64,000 nucleotides of DNA, taken from a virus. Taxonomy: Duplodnaviria; Heunggongvirae; Uroviricota; Caudoviricetes. A program made the translations under genes and the position numbers. The notes under the pieces were generated by a model, which was given only the letters and a program-made list of their open reading frames with translations, did not search any database and was not told the DNA's origin. The stretch lies in IMG/VR virus record IMGVR_UViG_3300021475_000005; one strand, 5' to 3'. This document shows positions 18,455-27,435 of this stretch, piece after piece. The stretch's first letter is position 1; every line of letters starts with the position of its first letter.

Positions 18455-20061
18455 TTAGTGGTACGTGATACAACGTACGTCAATGACCTGACTTGTGAAG
18501 ACATTCACCATTGTCTGCGGCTGCATTCCTCCGCTTCGACAAATCGTTGCTCTTCTGACTGTTTCCTCGACGGTTAAGCCCTGATTATCGGTATTCCAAC
18601 GATCAGCGCTGCTGAACATGAATGCACATCCCATGATGATGCACACGCCGAACACAGAGAATAGGAAAATCCATATATCCTTCACGACCACACCACGAGC
18701 GCTGTCCAAAATATGAATGCGAAGATAGCTGCGCAGCCGAGCATGATCAAGATGAACCACAACGGAGTTTCATCACCCACGCCGGGCGTAGGATCGCGCA
18801 TGGACCAGATCATTGAATGCTCCTGATCTCATATTCATCTTTATTATTCGGCTCACAATTTCTTATCGTTTCGATAAAACCCTCCGCATATAATTGTGTG
18901 CAGCGTGAGAATATGATTCTTCCAGTGGTCAAATTGACCAGTTGATATGTTCCGGCTGTCCGCTGCTTCGTCAGCCATTCGTCAAGGAAATCGCGAGCAG
19001 GTGTAGAAGACCGAGTCATCGCCGTGGTCCGCGCCCAAATCCGCGTGGATGATTGATCGGCATGCTGCGAAGCGCCAAGCAGACAACGACGGGTATCATG
19101 ATAATCCAGAACGTCATGTGATCACCGACTAGTAAAGAAGCCAAACCATCAGTCCCATGAAGATGGCGATTAAGACCATCCAGAACAACGTCGTGAAAAA
19201 CAATGCCAGCAACCAGCCCATCACGATCCACGCGATAACAACCCAGCAGACAATCGCGACAAAGAGCCAGCGCATCCACAAAGCGAAGAACGAGACGAGC
19301 AACGCAACGATAAGAGACGTGATCATCTCATTTCCTCCTGAAAGTGAATGATCGTAACGATTCCTGCGAGCGGCCCCATGCAGCCGCACCAGAAAATAAT
19401 CCAGATAAATGCGTAGATATCGAGACGCATATACCACGGACTCTTAGCGCTATACATGTAGCCGCCAAAGATGAGTTGGAAGGCGAGAGATGGAATGATT
19501 CCACATGCAGCCCAGATCATCAGCGCGATTTGCCACCATGTCATTGCTTCGGACCATCCTTCAAAGAACAATCCGCATATACTTGAGCCCACCGGCAAAC
19601 GCCAAGCTGTGCCATCGTCCCACGATTGTTCTGGAAATCGGCAGCCGCTTCGTAATTTTCGAAGCTGGCACCACGTTCGTATCCGATCTGCCCGGAGATT
19701 TTCCACGCGCCAAGCGTGAACGCAGCGATGACGATGACAGCCCCGATGAAAGCGCAATGCAGATCGCTCATTTGTAGACTTTTTCATGCTGAGAATTGTC
19801 AGACATAATCACACGTCCTTCCAGAACTTAATCCGCGACCTCAGAGTTTTTCTCAACCCACCCAAGATCGCGCAAGCGTTGCTTGCAATCCAGCGGTGCG
19901 CTTCCATCGACTGGTTCATCACCAAGATAAAGGAAAAGCATGCGCCGCTTCGGCTTGGCTTTAAAGTCAAGTTTGATGACATCTTCTTTGCTGTTGCCGT
20001 GTACCACACGCGCTTTCAGCATCGCAACGACATCGCCAATGCCCAGTTGCCAGATACTCAT
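18455..20061 (-). other. Cluster of small, mostly membrane-protein ORFs
   Basis: 18455-18760, 18810-19019, 19129-19437, 19323-19787, 19541-19771 and 19828-20061; several have hydrophobic segments; exact starts are uncertain. Confidence 0.5.
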
Positions 20062-21296
20062 ACGGAATCCTCCATCGCCAGTGTCTTCGCTGCGAACTTA
20101 ATCCGCGATTGCATGTAGGCAACAAGAGAAGAATCTACGGGAAAATTGTTGTTCATCCACCATTCTTTGATATCGTTGAGAATAGCGCCAACAATTTTAC
20201 CCGGCTTGATACCGCCCGCGATAATCATATCGCCGTTGATCGGAAAATCCGGAGGTGTCCACGTCTCTGCGAAACGAATCAGAATATGCCAGTTCGCATC
20301 ATTGTCTTCGACGGGATCGGCGGCACGGAAAAGTGCGCAATGATCGCGGAAGCGTTGATTGCCCATCTTGCAGATTTGACGCTTGGTTTTCTCGATGGAC
20401 TGCCAGACGTTGATCAGCGGAAACGCACCAAGCAATCCTTCCAGACGTTCGCGGTCTTTCTTGGAAAATCGCAACCGGCTGGTAACATACTGAGCGTCCT
20501 CAATGGACCCGATCAGTGATGCCAGCCGCAGAATAACATCGGTCTCGCCGTTATCGACGAGGCGCTCAAAATTGTCCATTTGGATGTCGCCCGGCACAAA
20601 TTGTCCGAGAACTCCGCTGATACGCATGAGGCGAATCGCATGGATCGGATCGGCAACTGCAAGTGTCTTGAAAAGTTCTGCCTGAATTCGTTCGCCCGAG
20701 ATTTTCACGAGGCCATCCCGTTCGCGCACGACAGCCCGGAGCGCGTCCGGGTCCATCGCCCCGTATCCATAAGAGGCGTGAAAACGGAACAGCCTCAAGA
20801 TGCGCAAATAGTCTTCCTGAATGCGTTTTGTGGGATCACCAACGAACCGAACGATGCCACCCCGTGCATCGACATACCCATCGAAATAGTCGTAAAGACG
20901 ACAATCTCTATCGGCATAAAGAGCATTCATCGTGAAGTCACGCCGGGCCGCATCTTCTTCCCAGTCTTCCGTGAATTCGATGGTCGCGTGTCGCCCGTCT
21001 GTTGCCGTATCGCGGCGCAATGTCGTGATCTCGACGGATGTGTTTCCGCAGATGGCGGTCACCGTGCCATGCTGGAGGCCGGTAGGAATCACCTTGATCC
21101 CGGCTGCCTGAAGCTTGAGCGAAACGATATCAGGTGTCATAGGCGTCGCCAGATCGATATCCCTGATCGGAAGCCCGAGCACCGAATCACGCACAGCGCC
21201 ACCCACAAATCTGGCATTCTCCAATGTATCCATGATCTTGGAGATGTCAGGCTTGAACATCCAGTCGCAATGCCTGAAATCGATGTAGCGCGTCAT
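20058..21296 (-). CDS. cca: CCA-adding tRNA nucleotidyltransferase (class II)
   Basis: RFVGGAVRD...DIDLAT, EITTLRRD, DAARRDFTMNAL, EDYLRILRLFRF. Confidence 0.9.
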   Translation of the reverse strand: MTRYIDFRHCDWMFKPDISKIMDTLENARFVGGAVRDSVLGLPIRDIDLATPMTPDIVSLKLQAAGIKVIPTGLQHGTVTAICGNTSVEITTLRRDTATDGRHATIEFTEDWEEDAARRDFTMNALYADRDCRLYDYFDGYVDARGGIVRFVGDPTKRIQEDYLRILRLFRFHASYGYGAMDPDALRAVVRERDGLVKISGERIQAELFKTLAVADPIHAIRLMRISGVLGQFVPGDIQMDNFERLVDNGETDVILRLASLIGSIEDAQYVTSRLRFSKKDRERLEGLLGAFPLINVWQSIEKTKRQICKMGNQRFRDHCALFRAADPVEDNDANWHILIRFAETWTPPDFPINGDMIIAGGIKPGKIVGAILNDIKEWWMNNNFPVDSSLVAYMQSRIKFAAKTLAMEDSV

Positions 21297-21313
21297 GATG
21301 AATCCCTTCGACC

Positions 21314-21330
21314 TGTCGAGCTTATCGACA
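21314..21330. promoter_or_regulatory. TGTC-N9-GACA palindrome over the cca promoter
   Basis: TGTCGAGCTTATCGACA; TTGACA at 21346-21341 and TAAGCT on the minus strand. Confidence 0.65.
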
Positions 21331-21405
21331 TGTCATGCCCTGTCAAGAGGGTGTAAGGGTCAAAAAGGGAATAATTTTGGGATTAGGGATTGAATTGGTG
21401 GTAAC

Positions 21406-21579
21406 TCATTCAAGCAGGGTTTGCCAGCAGCTTTGGTGTCCATCCCACCAATAGTCGGCGATTTCTTTCTCGCCGACGATGATGGTGCGTGTGCCCGATA
21501 AGCCACCTTTGAGTGTGACTTCGAAACGTTGTCCGGATTGGTCGATTTCAAGTGGACGGATGGCAGTAACAAATTCCAT
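21406..21579 (-). CDS. Small hypothetical protein (57 aa)
   Basis: Below the track cutoff; ATG overlaps the upstream TGA; MEFVTAIRPLEIDQSG...CWQTLLE*. Confidence 0.6.
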   Translation of the reverse strand: MEFVTAIRPLEIDQSGQRFEVTLKGGLSGTRTIIVGEKEIADYWWDGHQSCWQTLLE

Positions 21580-22727
21580 CAGGCTGCATCGTCTTGTTCG
21601 ACAAGGGTGGTAACTTCTTCTTCCAATCCTTGAAGCGCTCTTTCCGCATCCCTTGCGTTCATTCGCTCTTCATAGAGTGCTTCTTCGGTCTCTAGGAACT
21701 CCCGCATCTCGGCTGGCATGTTGTCCCAGTCAGCTTCCGAAAGATTAGGAAGAACAGGAATAACCGCACCGCGCGAAAGAGAGAGCGGACACACCTTATA
21801 GAGATCGGCGCATGCGGTGTAGAATTCCAAAGGTGCGCAGTCGTGGATCATTGTCTCGCCCTCTTCGAACCGACGAAGAATCGCAATGTGCATGTCAAGC
21901 TCAGAAATTTCTGTACCTTTTGTCTCCTCGTTTTTATTCCATTCATCACGAATTTGATATGAGACAGAGGTACCAATAAAATGATTCTTACAACGTTCAG
22001 CAGCCTCCGCGAACATCACCAATGTCTGATAGACTTCGCCATCTGTTGCAACATCCTCGTATGTTTTTCCAAAACGAAGCCGCGCCGCGCTGAATGCGGC
22101 ACCGATGTCTTCGATGCAGCGTTCATACTTGTCGAAAGGCGTCGGTGAGCCTAACCACCGTGCCTTGTTGTGCCACCAATCGCTATAGAAAAAATGCTTT
22201 ACCCATCGTCCGAGCAGGACGAACTTTTGAAGTTCATTCCCTCCGAGACAATAAATACCGCGTCCTAAGTGGGTATAAAACGGCGGACCAGAAAGGAGCA
22301 TCGTGCGAATCTGCGTATAGCGCCAATCGTTTTTCATCATCTCACGATTGTCACCGTGTGGACGAAGATCGAAGGCTTCAAGGATATCGCGTTGTCGCAA
22401 AATACCACCATTTTCGCGCAGCAGCTTGACAATCTCGTTTTCGAGTTGATGAGTTTTGTTGATACCGAGCCGTTCGATTTGAGGGCTTACTTTATATTTC
22501 CCTCTGGCGACCTTGAAAATTCGTTGACTCTTTTGAAGACCTTCGAAAATATTCCATATGCGGCGTTTTTCAGTATCGACCGTCATGTCAATATTCAAGT
22601 GATCGGCGACTTCTGTTGGAGATGCTTCACCGAGTATCTGAATAATCTTGAGGAGTGCGAGTTTAAACTCCCGTTTCGAAACCTCGCGATCTTCGATCAT
22701 CCACGGACGTTCTTTTCCACGAGTCAT
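21579..22727 (-). CDS. Putative multi-winged-helix DNA-binding protein
   Basis: Two wHTH-like units ending ...FKVARGKYKV and ...THLGRGIYCL; a later HTH-like segment; acidic tail. Confidence 0.5.
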   Translation of the reverse strand: MTRGKERPWMIEDREVSKREFKLALLKIIQILGEASPTEVADHLNIDMTVDTEKRRIWNIFEGLQKSQRIFKVARGKYKVSPQIERLGINKTHQLENEIVKLLRENGGILRQRDILEAFDLRPHGDNREMMKNDWRYTQIRTMLLSGPPFYTHLGRGIYCLGGNELQKFVLLGRWVKHFFYSDWWHNKARWLGSPTPFDKYERCIEDIGAAFSAARLRFGKTYEDVATDGEVYQTLVMFAEAAERCKNHFIGTSVSYQIRDEWNKNEETKGTEISELDMHIAILRRFEEGETMIHDCAPLEFYTACADLYKVCPLSLSRGAVIPVLPNLSEADWDNMPAEMREFLETEEALYEERMNARDAERALQGLEEEVTTLVEQDDAA

Positions 22728-22985
22728 TTAAGCACCTTCAATCAAAAGCATGGGATGGACCTGATAGACACCAGCGCACGGCTGCCGCAAAAATCCGTGA
22801 AAAGCAAGTTCTTCCAGAACTCGTTGCAGACGGTTTTTATCGCTCGGACGCATGCGAAGTGTCTTTCGAATATAGGATGGAGAAGCTTTATCGGCGCGCT
22901 TGATCGTCCGAAGAACTTCTTTCGTGAATTCATTGTAGGAGAGGGATTGACCGTTGACTTTGTAGGCTTGGAAGACGGGTGACAT
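22728..22985 (-). CDS. Small winged-helix-like protein
   Basis: ...RLQRVLEELAFHGFLRQPCAGVYQV wing motif. Confidence 0.45.
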   Translation of the reverse strand: MSPVFQAYKVNGQSLSYNEFTKEVLRTIKRADKASPSYIRKTLRMRPSDKNRLQRVLEELAFHGFLRQPCAGVYQVHPMLLIEGA

Positions 22986-23015
22986 GTCTTAAGGTTCCAC
23001 TTGAAACGCTTTTGT

Positions 23016-23237
23016 TCAAAATTCCCCATATGCGCGTGGAATGCCTTTCGGCTGATTGATTTTCGGAACGGGAATCCAATATTCCGTATTGCCGCTTGTG
23101 GATGTGAATCGTTGTTCCAGAACATCACCATTCCAGCGCAGGCCGTGTGTCGGGACCAACGTCATGGTTGAAGACGGAACGGCTTGGGGAAATTTCGGAT
23201 CAGGCATCGGGTCTCTTAATGCAGCTTTATTCACCAT
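23016..23237 (-). CDS. Hypothetical protein
   Basis: ORF in the abutting series. Confidence 0.5.
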   Translation of the reverse strand: MVNKAALRDPMPDPKFPQAVPSSTMTLVPTHGLRWNGDVLEQRFTSTSGNTEYWIPVPKINQPKGIPRAYGEF

Positions 23238-23508
23238 TCAACCAATCCCTTACCAACGCCCCTTGAACCATCCGTAAAGCCTCATCCTTGGAGCCGTAAA
23301 TCCCGTGGATGTGAGGCTTATAGAGCGCCACATGGACCGTTTCCCCGAAACACCTGACTATCCCGTGTCCGGAAAATCGTCCGTTACCGGGCGTCCGTGG
23401 TCCCCAGCGCTTCTTCCAGCGTCCCGGCGTTACCACATAGTCGTGCCCAGTTCCGAGCATCTCCCCTAGATCGGCGTAAAATTCTTCTTCGGCGACCGAA
23501 TCCCTCAT
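23227..23508 (-). CDS. Hypothetical protein
   Basis: ORF with promoter TTGCAC-N17-TAACTT and a TGTC-N9-GACA box upstream. Confidence 0.6.
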   Translation of the reverse strand: MRDSVAEEEFYADLGEMLGTGHDYVVTPGRWKKRWGPRTPGNGRFSGHGIVRCFGETVHVALYKPHIHGIYGSKDEALRMVQGALVRDWLNGE

Positions 23509-23585
23509 TTCCTGTCGAAGTTACCGACATTTAGCGCCCCGTGCAAGGGGTATGGTTAGCGCCCGGGGAGAAAAAGATTCGAATT

Positions 23586-23600
23586 TTAAGATCATTTTAA
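23586..23600. promoter_or_regulatory. CtrA-box-like site TTAA-N7-TTAA
   Basis: TTAAGATCATTTTAA followed by TAGTTAAC, upstream of the plus-strand envelope cassette. Confidence 0.55.
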
Positions 23601-23655
23601 TAGTTAACCCGTAGAGTGCTTTTCGTCGAGCCGATCTGAACCGAGGGAGGGCCAA

Positions 23656-23736
23656 ATGACCAAATCGCTATCGTTTCTCGTTCTTGGCACCCTCGGCGCA
23701 GGTTATATGCTTTTTATAATGTTTCTCAACCTTTGA
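23656..23736 (+). CDS. 26-aa single-TM micropeptide
   Basis: GGAGG RBS; MTKSLSFLVLGTLGAGYMLFIMFLNL*. Confidence 0.55.
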   Translation: MTKSLSFLVLGTLGAGYMLFIMFLNL

Positions 23737-23972
23737 GGGAGATGCCCATGATGATTTATGCACTTGCTCTCGCTTGCGCCCTAAACGCAAACAAGGATTG
23801 CGATAAGGTCGCATTCGAAATGACTCCGCGTGACGCCACGTATATGTGCAGCCTTCCGCGCGATACGATCATCTACTTCGGCGTCGGTCAGAAACTCTGG
23901 TTTCAAAACTGTGTGCGCACCGAAATCGCACCTGTCGGTTACAAGACGGAAAAATTTTCGGTGCCATTATGA
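23733..23972 (+). CDS. Small secreted-type protein
   Basis: Hydrophobic N-terminus MIYALALACALNA; several Cys. Confidence 0.55.
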   Translation: MREMPMMIYALALACALNANKDCDKVAFEMTPRDATYMCSLPRDTIIYFGVGQKLWFQNCVRTEIAPVGYKTEKFSVPL

Positions 23973-24084
23973 CAAATTTAACAAAATCCAATCTATCGTC
24001 CACGCGCCAATTGCTGAAGCGATGGAAATTCTCGACGGCAATCGATTGGCGTCAATATATTGAAGATGGCGTGAAGACCTTCTT

Positions 24085-24318
24085 ATGGGTGTTCGTCTTC
24101 TTCAGTTTCTGCATATGGGTGTTCATATGAACCAAGGTATCATCGTTATTCTCGTCTTCGTGGGATGGATCGCGCTCGCGATCTATACCCATCACATCAG
24201 ACGCGTAAATCGTGCGCTGAAGAAAGCGTACGACAAACTGGAGGGTGACGTTGACGAATTTATCATATGGCGCTCCGAGATCGAGGAATGGCGTCACTGG
24301 AGAAAAAGCCGCCAGTAA
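24085..24318 (+). CDS. Small TM plus coiled-coil protein
   Basis: MNQGIIVILVFVGWIALAIY followed by a charged helix. Confidence 0.55.
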   Translation: MGVRLLQFLHMGVHMNQGIIVILVFVGWIALAIYTHHIRRVNRALKKAYDKLEGDVDEFIIWRSEIEEWRHWRKSRQ

Positions 24319-24355
24319 TAACCCCATTATAACGTAGCTTAAATAGGAGATCGCC

Positions 24356-25138
24356 ATGAACGCAAGCGTATCAGCAGCACCGGGCCGTATTGCACGTGTC
24401 AAACGCAACACAGGCCGTTTCTTTTCTTTGCTCAACTGGCTTCTCAGTATGGGAATGCTCGGTGCCATCATCTTCATGATGAGTGGTGCGCCGACGCAGA
24501 TCACCGACTGGAAAGAACATACGCTTGTGATTCATACCGATCCGTCACGGCAAATTCTCGATCCTTCACTTCGTCTGACAAAGGAAGATTTTCGCCAGAT
24601 CGATTGTCTAGCGCGGAATATGTATTGGGAAGCAGCGACTCAGGGTGAAGCAGGCATGAAAGCGGTCGGCGATGTCGTCTACAACCGCATGCACTCCGGC
24701 TTGTTTCCGGACGGCATCTGCCAAGTGATCTATCAGGGAAAGATCGTGATCGATCCCAAGACCGGCGAACGCACGGTCGAACACAACCATTGCCAATTCT
24801 CTTGGTACTGCGACGGCAAGCAGAAGCGTGTCACGGATAACGTGCGATGGAGGATGGCAAATGAGGTGGCTTACAATCTGTTTCTATATCAGCGTGCGAT
24901 GCCTGACCTTACCGGTGGTGCAACGTATTATCACGCAGATTATGTCCATCCCGATTGGTCGCGGCTGAAGCAAACCATCAAGATCGGGGCACATCTATTC
25001 TATCGTGCCGATCCCGGGCTAACGCATGGTCTCGGACACAAGCATCGCAAAGTGAAGAAGGATAAATCGGTGATCAACTCGATTGATGATCTTCCGATGC
25101 GCAAACCTGCTGATGTGCCTGTGAGTCAATCTCCATAG
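24356..25138 (+). CDS. Cell wall hydrolase, SleB/Hydrolase_2 family, with N-terminal TM anchor
   Basis: CLARNMYWEA...AVGDVVYNR...ICQVIYQ...CQFSWYCDG...GATYYHADYVHPDW...IGAHLFY. Confidence 0.9.
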   Translation: MNASVSAAPGRIARVKRNTGRFFSLLNWLLSMGMLGAIIFMMSGAPTQITDWKEHTLVIHTDPSRQILDPSLRLTKEDFRQIDCLARNMYWEAATQGEAGMKAVGDVVYNRMHSGLFPDGICQVIYQGKIVIDPKTGERTVEHNHCQFSWYCDGKQKRVTDNVRWRMANEVAYNLFLYQRAMPDLTGGATYYHADYVHPDWSRLKQTIKIGAHLFYRADPGLTHGLGHKHRKVKKDKSVINSIDDLPMRKPADVPVSQSP

Positions 25139-25255
25139 GAGGAAGAGCTTTTCGGACTCTTTCAATGGCATCTTGAAGTTCAGGCCAGTCGCTATATTCG
25201 ACCGATCCGGCTGCAACATCGCAGAGTTCAGCAGCAGCGATTTCGAGTTCGCGAT

Positions 25256-25609
25256 TCATGCAGCTTCCTTAGAGGCAATAGCTACCTTCAAGATAGTGTG
25301 GACATCTTGAAGCGTTGTGCGGGGATTATCATTGAAACTACTGGCACTGTGGTTAGGATATTTACTGCGGACGGCTTCGAGAAGCACATTCCATATCTGA
25401 TACTCAGTGCTCAGTTGCGTAACTCCGGGATAGGTATCTAGTGCTTTGGATACCGCGCCAATCAGGCAGAAGCTGACAGCTTCTCCTGAAAGTACATCTA
25501 CACTTCTCCCTGCCGCATCGCGTGCGCTTGCACGTTTTGTCCAATGACTCTCGTCATCCAGAATGGCGAGAGCTTTTTGCAGAGTTTCTTTGATTGGGAG
25601 AGAGTTCAT
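25256..25609 (-). CDS. DUF6197-like phage protein
   Basis: W...ARDAAG.....A..FCLIGAV...FND.......V...L motif. Confidence 0.5.
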   Translation of the reverse strand: MNSLPIKETLQKALAILDDESHWTKRASARDAAGRSVDVLSGEAVSFCLIGAVSKALDTYPGVTQLSTEYQIWNVLLEAVRSKYPNHSASSFNDNPRTTLQDVHTILKVAIASKEAA

Positions 25610-25612
25610 TTT

Positions 25613-25978
25613 CTATTCCGATGTTTTAAACAGGAGTTTCTGACCTTCTTCGGTCAGCCGATGCGGTGCATGATCGCGAAGCCAGTTTGTCGCGACAAGT
25701 GCCATCATCACGGCGTCGTCTTCGGTCTCTGGAGACCTGATGCTTCCTACCGCCATCACGGCTGGATCAGGATCATCGAGCAGATATTGTATGAGGCGAC
25801 TGAGTTCGACCGCTTCCCTCCGCGTGATATCGACTGTATATGTGATACCGTCGCCTCCGATCTCGAAGTGCATCGCGCGTTCGTCGGAGACACCATGCAT
25901 GATGACGTGATTTGTGTATTCGTTGGTAAAGCTTGTGAAGTAGCGTGTCATGCGACTTCCTTTAAAATTTTCAGACAT
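25613..25978 (-). CDS. Hypothetical protein
   Basis: ORF abutting the paralogue array. Confidence 0.55.
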   Translation of the reverse strand: MSENFKGSRMTRYFTSFTNEYTNHVIMHGVSDERAMHFEIGGDGITYTVDITRREAVELSRLIQYLLDDPDPAVMAVGSIRSPETEDDAVMMALVATNWLRDHAPHRLTEEGQKLLFKTSE

Positions 25979-26244
25979 TTGCTGGCTGTAAATTTTCCGG
26001 CCCCTAACGCGTCGAATTTTGCTATGAATTTATTTGCCCAAGGCGGCAGATTTCCTGATTTGTCGGCATGCCAGTCCCAATATATGTATCCGTCTACGGA
26101 ATGAGGTTGTCCAGTCGTAGTCGTTAAAAACGTCGCAAGTGGGCACCACGAGGACCTCGCATGAGAACCTCTCATGTCAAATTCTAGACCCGGACGATCT
26201 TCGAGATATTCCCTAAATTTCTTTAGTGTCAATCTACGTGCCAT
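25948..26244 (-). CDS. Tandem-array paralogue 5
   Basis: KFREYL...CPLATFL...LPPWANKFIAKFD...KCLKILKEV. Confidence 0.75.
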   Translation of the reverse strand: MARRLTLKKFREYLEDRPGLEFDMRGSHARSSWCPLATFLTTTTGQPHSVDGYIYWDWHADKSGNLPPWANKFIAKFDALGAGKFTASKCLKILKEVA

Positions 26245-26542
26245 CGATTTCCTCCAGAATTGCAAGACACTCTGCCCCCGTCGCATGGGCCGCACTGAAG
26301 AACTTTGTATCCACGGCGCGTACGAATTTTTGTGCCCAATCGGGTAGCGCTGCGCCAAGTTCGCTTTTGATCCAGATTGCTGTATTACCGACCGCGCATT
26401 CGATGGAATGTACTTCCTTCAGGAAAGACGCAATGGCGCACTTCGAGCACTGACGCATCGGGAATTTGCGTCCTGAGTCGATACTGAGGAACGTGCGAAA
26501 AGCGTCATAGGAGATCGGTGCAAGCTCTTGTGGCTCCGTCAT
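26234..26542 (-). CDS. Tandem-array paralogue 4
   Basis: AFRTFL...CAIASFL...LPDWAQKFVRAVD...ECLAILEEI. Confidence 0.75.
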   Translation of the reverse strand: MTEPQELAPISYDAFRTFLSIDSGRKFPMRQCSKCAIASFLKEVHSIECAVGNTAIWIKSELGAALPDWAQKFVRAVDTKFFSAAHATGAECLAILEEIDGT

Positions 26543-26841
26543 AGCTTTTCCAAAACATTCAAGCAGCGTCGTGTTCCAAAGGTAGGAGTTATACTGCTGT
26601 CGATTTTCTCGACAAAATCTCGCGCCCATTTCGGAAGGGGCTGTATATTGAATGCACCCATCTGTTTCGGGTAAAAAGTGCGGTTTCCAACAAAATAATT
26701 CTCCTGCCGGGTATCTGACAAAAACTGCGCCAGCGGACAGTTGCATGCATTGTAAATTTGGAATTTCAGCGTGCTATGCTCTTGCAACCATTTTTTAAAA
26801 GCACGTTTGCTGATAGGACCTAAAAGCTTCGCGTATTTCAT
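26539..26841 (-). CDS. Tandem-array paralogue 3
   Basis: AFKKWL...CNCPLAQFL...LPKWARDFVEKID...RCLNVLEKL. Confidence 0.75.
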   Translation of the reverse strand: MKYAKLLGPISKRAFKKWLQEHSTLKFQIYNACNCPLAQFLSDTRQENYFVGNRTFYPKQMGAFNIQPLPKWARDFVEKIDSSITPTFGTRRCLNVLEKL

Positions 26842-26845
26842 TGAC

Positions 26846-27145
26846 TTAAACCTGTTCGAGGATTTTCAAGCAGCGCGTAGATGTCACGTATTCAGCCTCG
26901 CTTTTATCGATCTTTTCGACAAAGTCTATCGCCCATTGAGGAAGCTCGTCCGGCATCAAGTGCACTCCCAATGTCATGTTTTCCGTCCAACAGATAGTTT
27001 TCCCTACCTTGTACACTTTACCACTTTTAATCGTAAGAAACGTGGCGAGCGGACAGTAACAGTAATTACTGGGCCTGAATTTCAACTTCTGATTGTTCTT
27101 CAGCCAGCTACGAAAGCTGCTTTTGTTGATTTTGATCATTTGCAT
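26846..27145 (-). CDS. Tandem-array paralogue 2
   Basis: SFRSWL...CYCPLATFL...LPQWAIDFVEKID...RCLKILEQV. Confidence 0.75.
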   Translation of the reverse strand: MQMIKINKSSFRSWLKNNQKLKFRPSNYCYCPLATFLTIKSGKVYKVGKTICWTENMTLGVHLMPDELPQWAIDFVEKIDKSEAEYVTSTRCLKILEQV

Positions 27146-27435
27146 TCCTCAAGAAGGATGAGACATTTCTCACCGGAAATCTTCCTTACCATGTCATGGA
27201 ATTTATCGACTTTCTCGATGAAGCGCATGGCCCAAATAGGCAGGTCGTGGCGCTTTTTACGCTCTTCGACATCATCCAGATAAAACTCGTCGATACCGAC
27301 GAAATACTCTTTTCGCGTCGTATCCCGCAAATATTTTGCTACGGGACAATTACATCCATTGCGGCCTTCGAATTCATCGTCGGGATGATCGCGTAGCCAC
27401 TCCTGAAATGCCTTCTTTGTGAGCTTAGCCACCAC
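27136..27435 (-). CDS. Tandem-array paralogue 1
   Basis: AFQEWL...CNCPVAKYL...LPIWAMRFIEKVD...KCLILLEEC; GTG start overlapping the upstream stop. Confidence 0.75.
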   Translation of the reverse strand: MVAKLTKKAFQEWLRDHPDDEFEGRNGCNCPVAKYLRDTTRKEYFVGIDEFYLDDVEERKKRHDLPIWAMRFIEKVDKFHDMVRKISGEKCLILLEECK

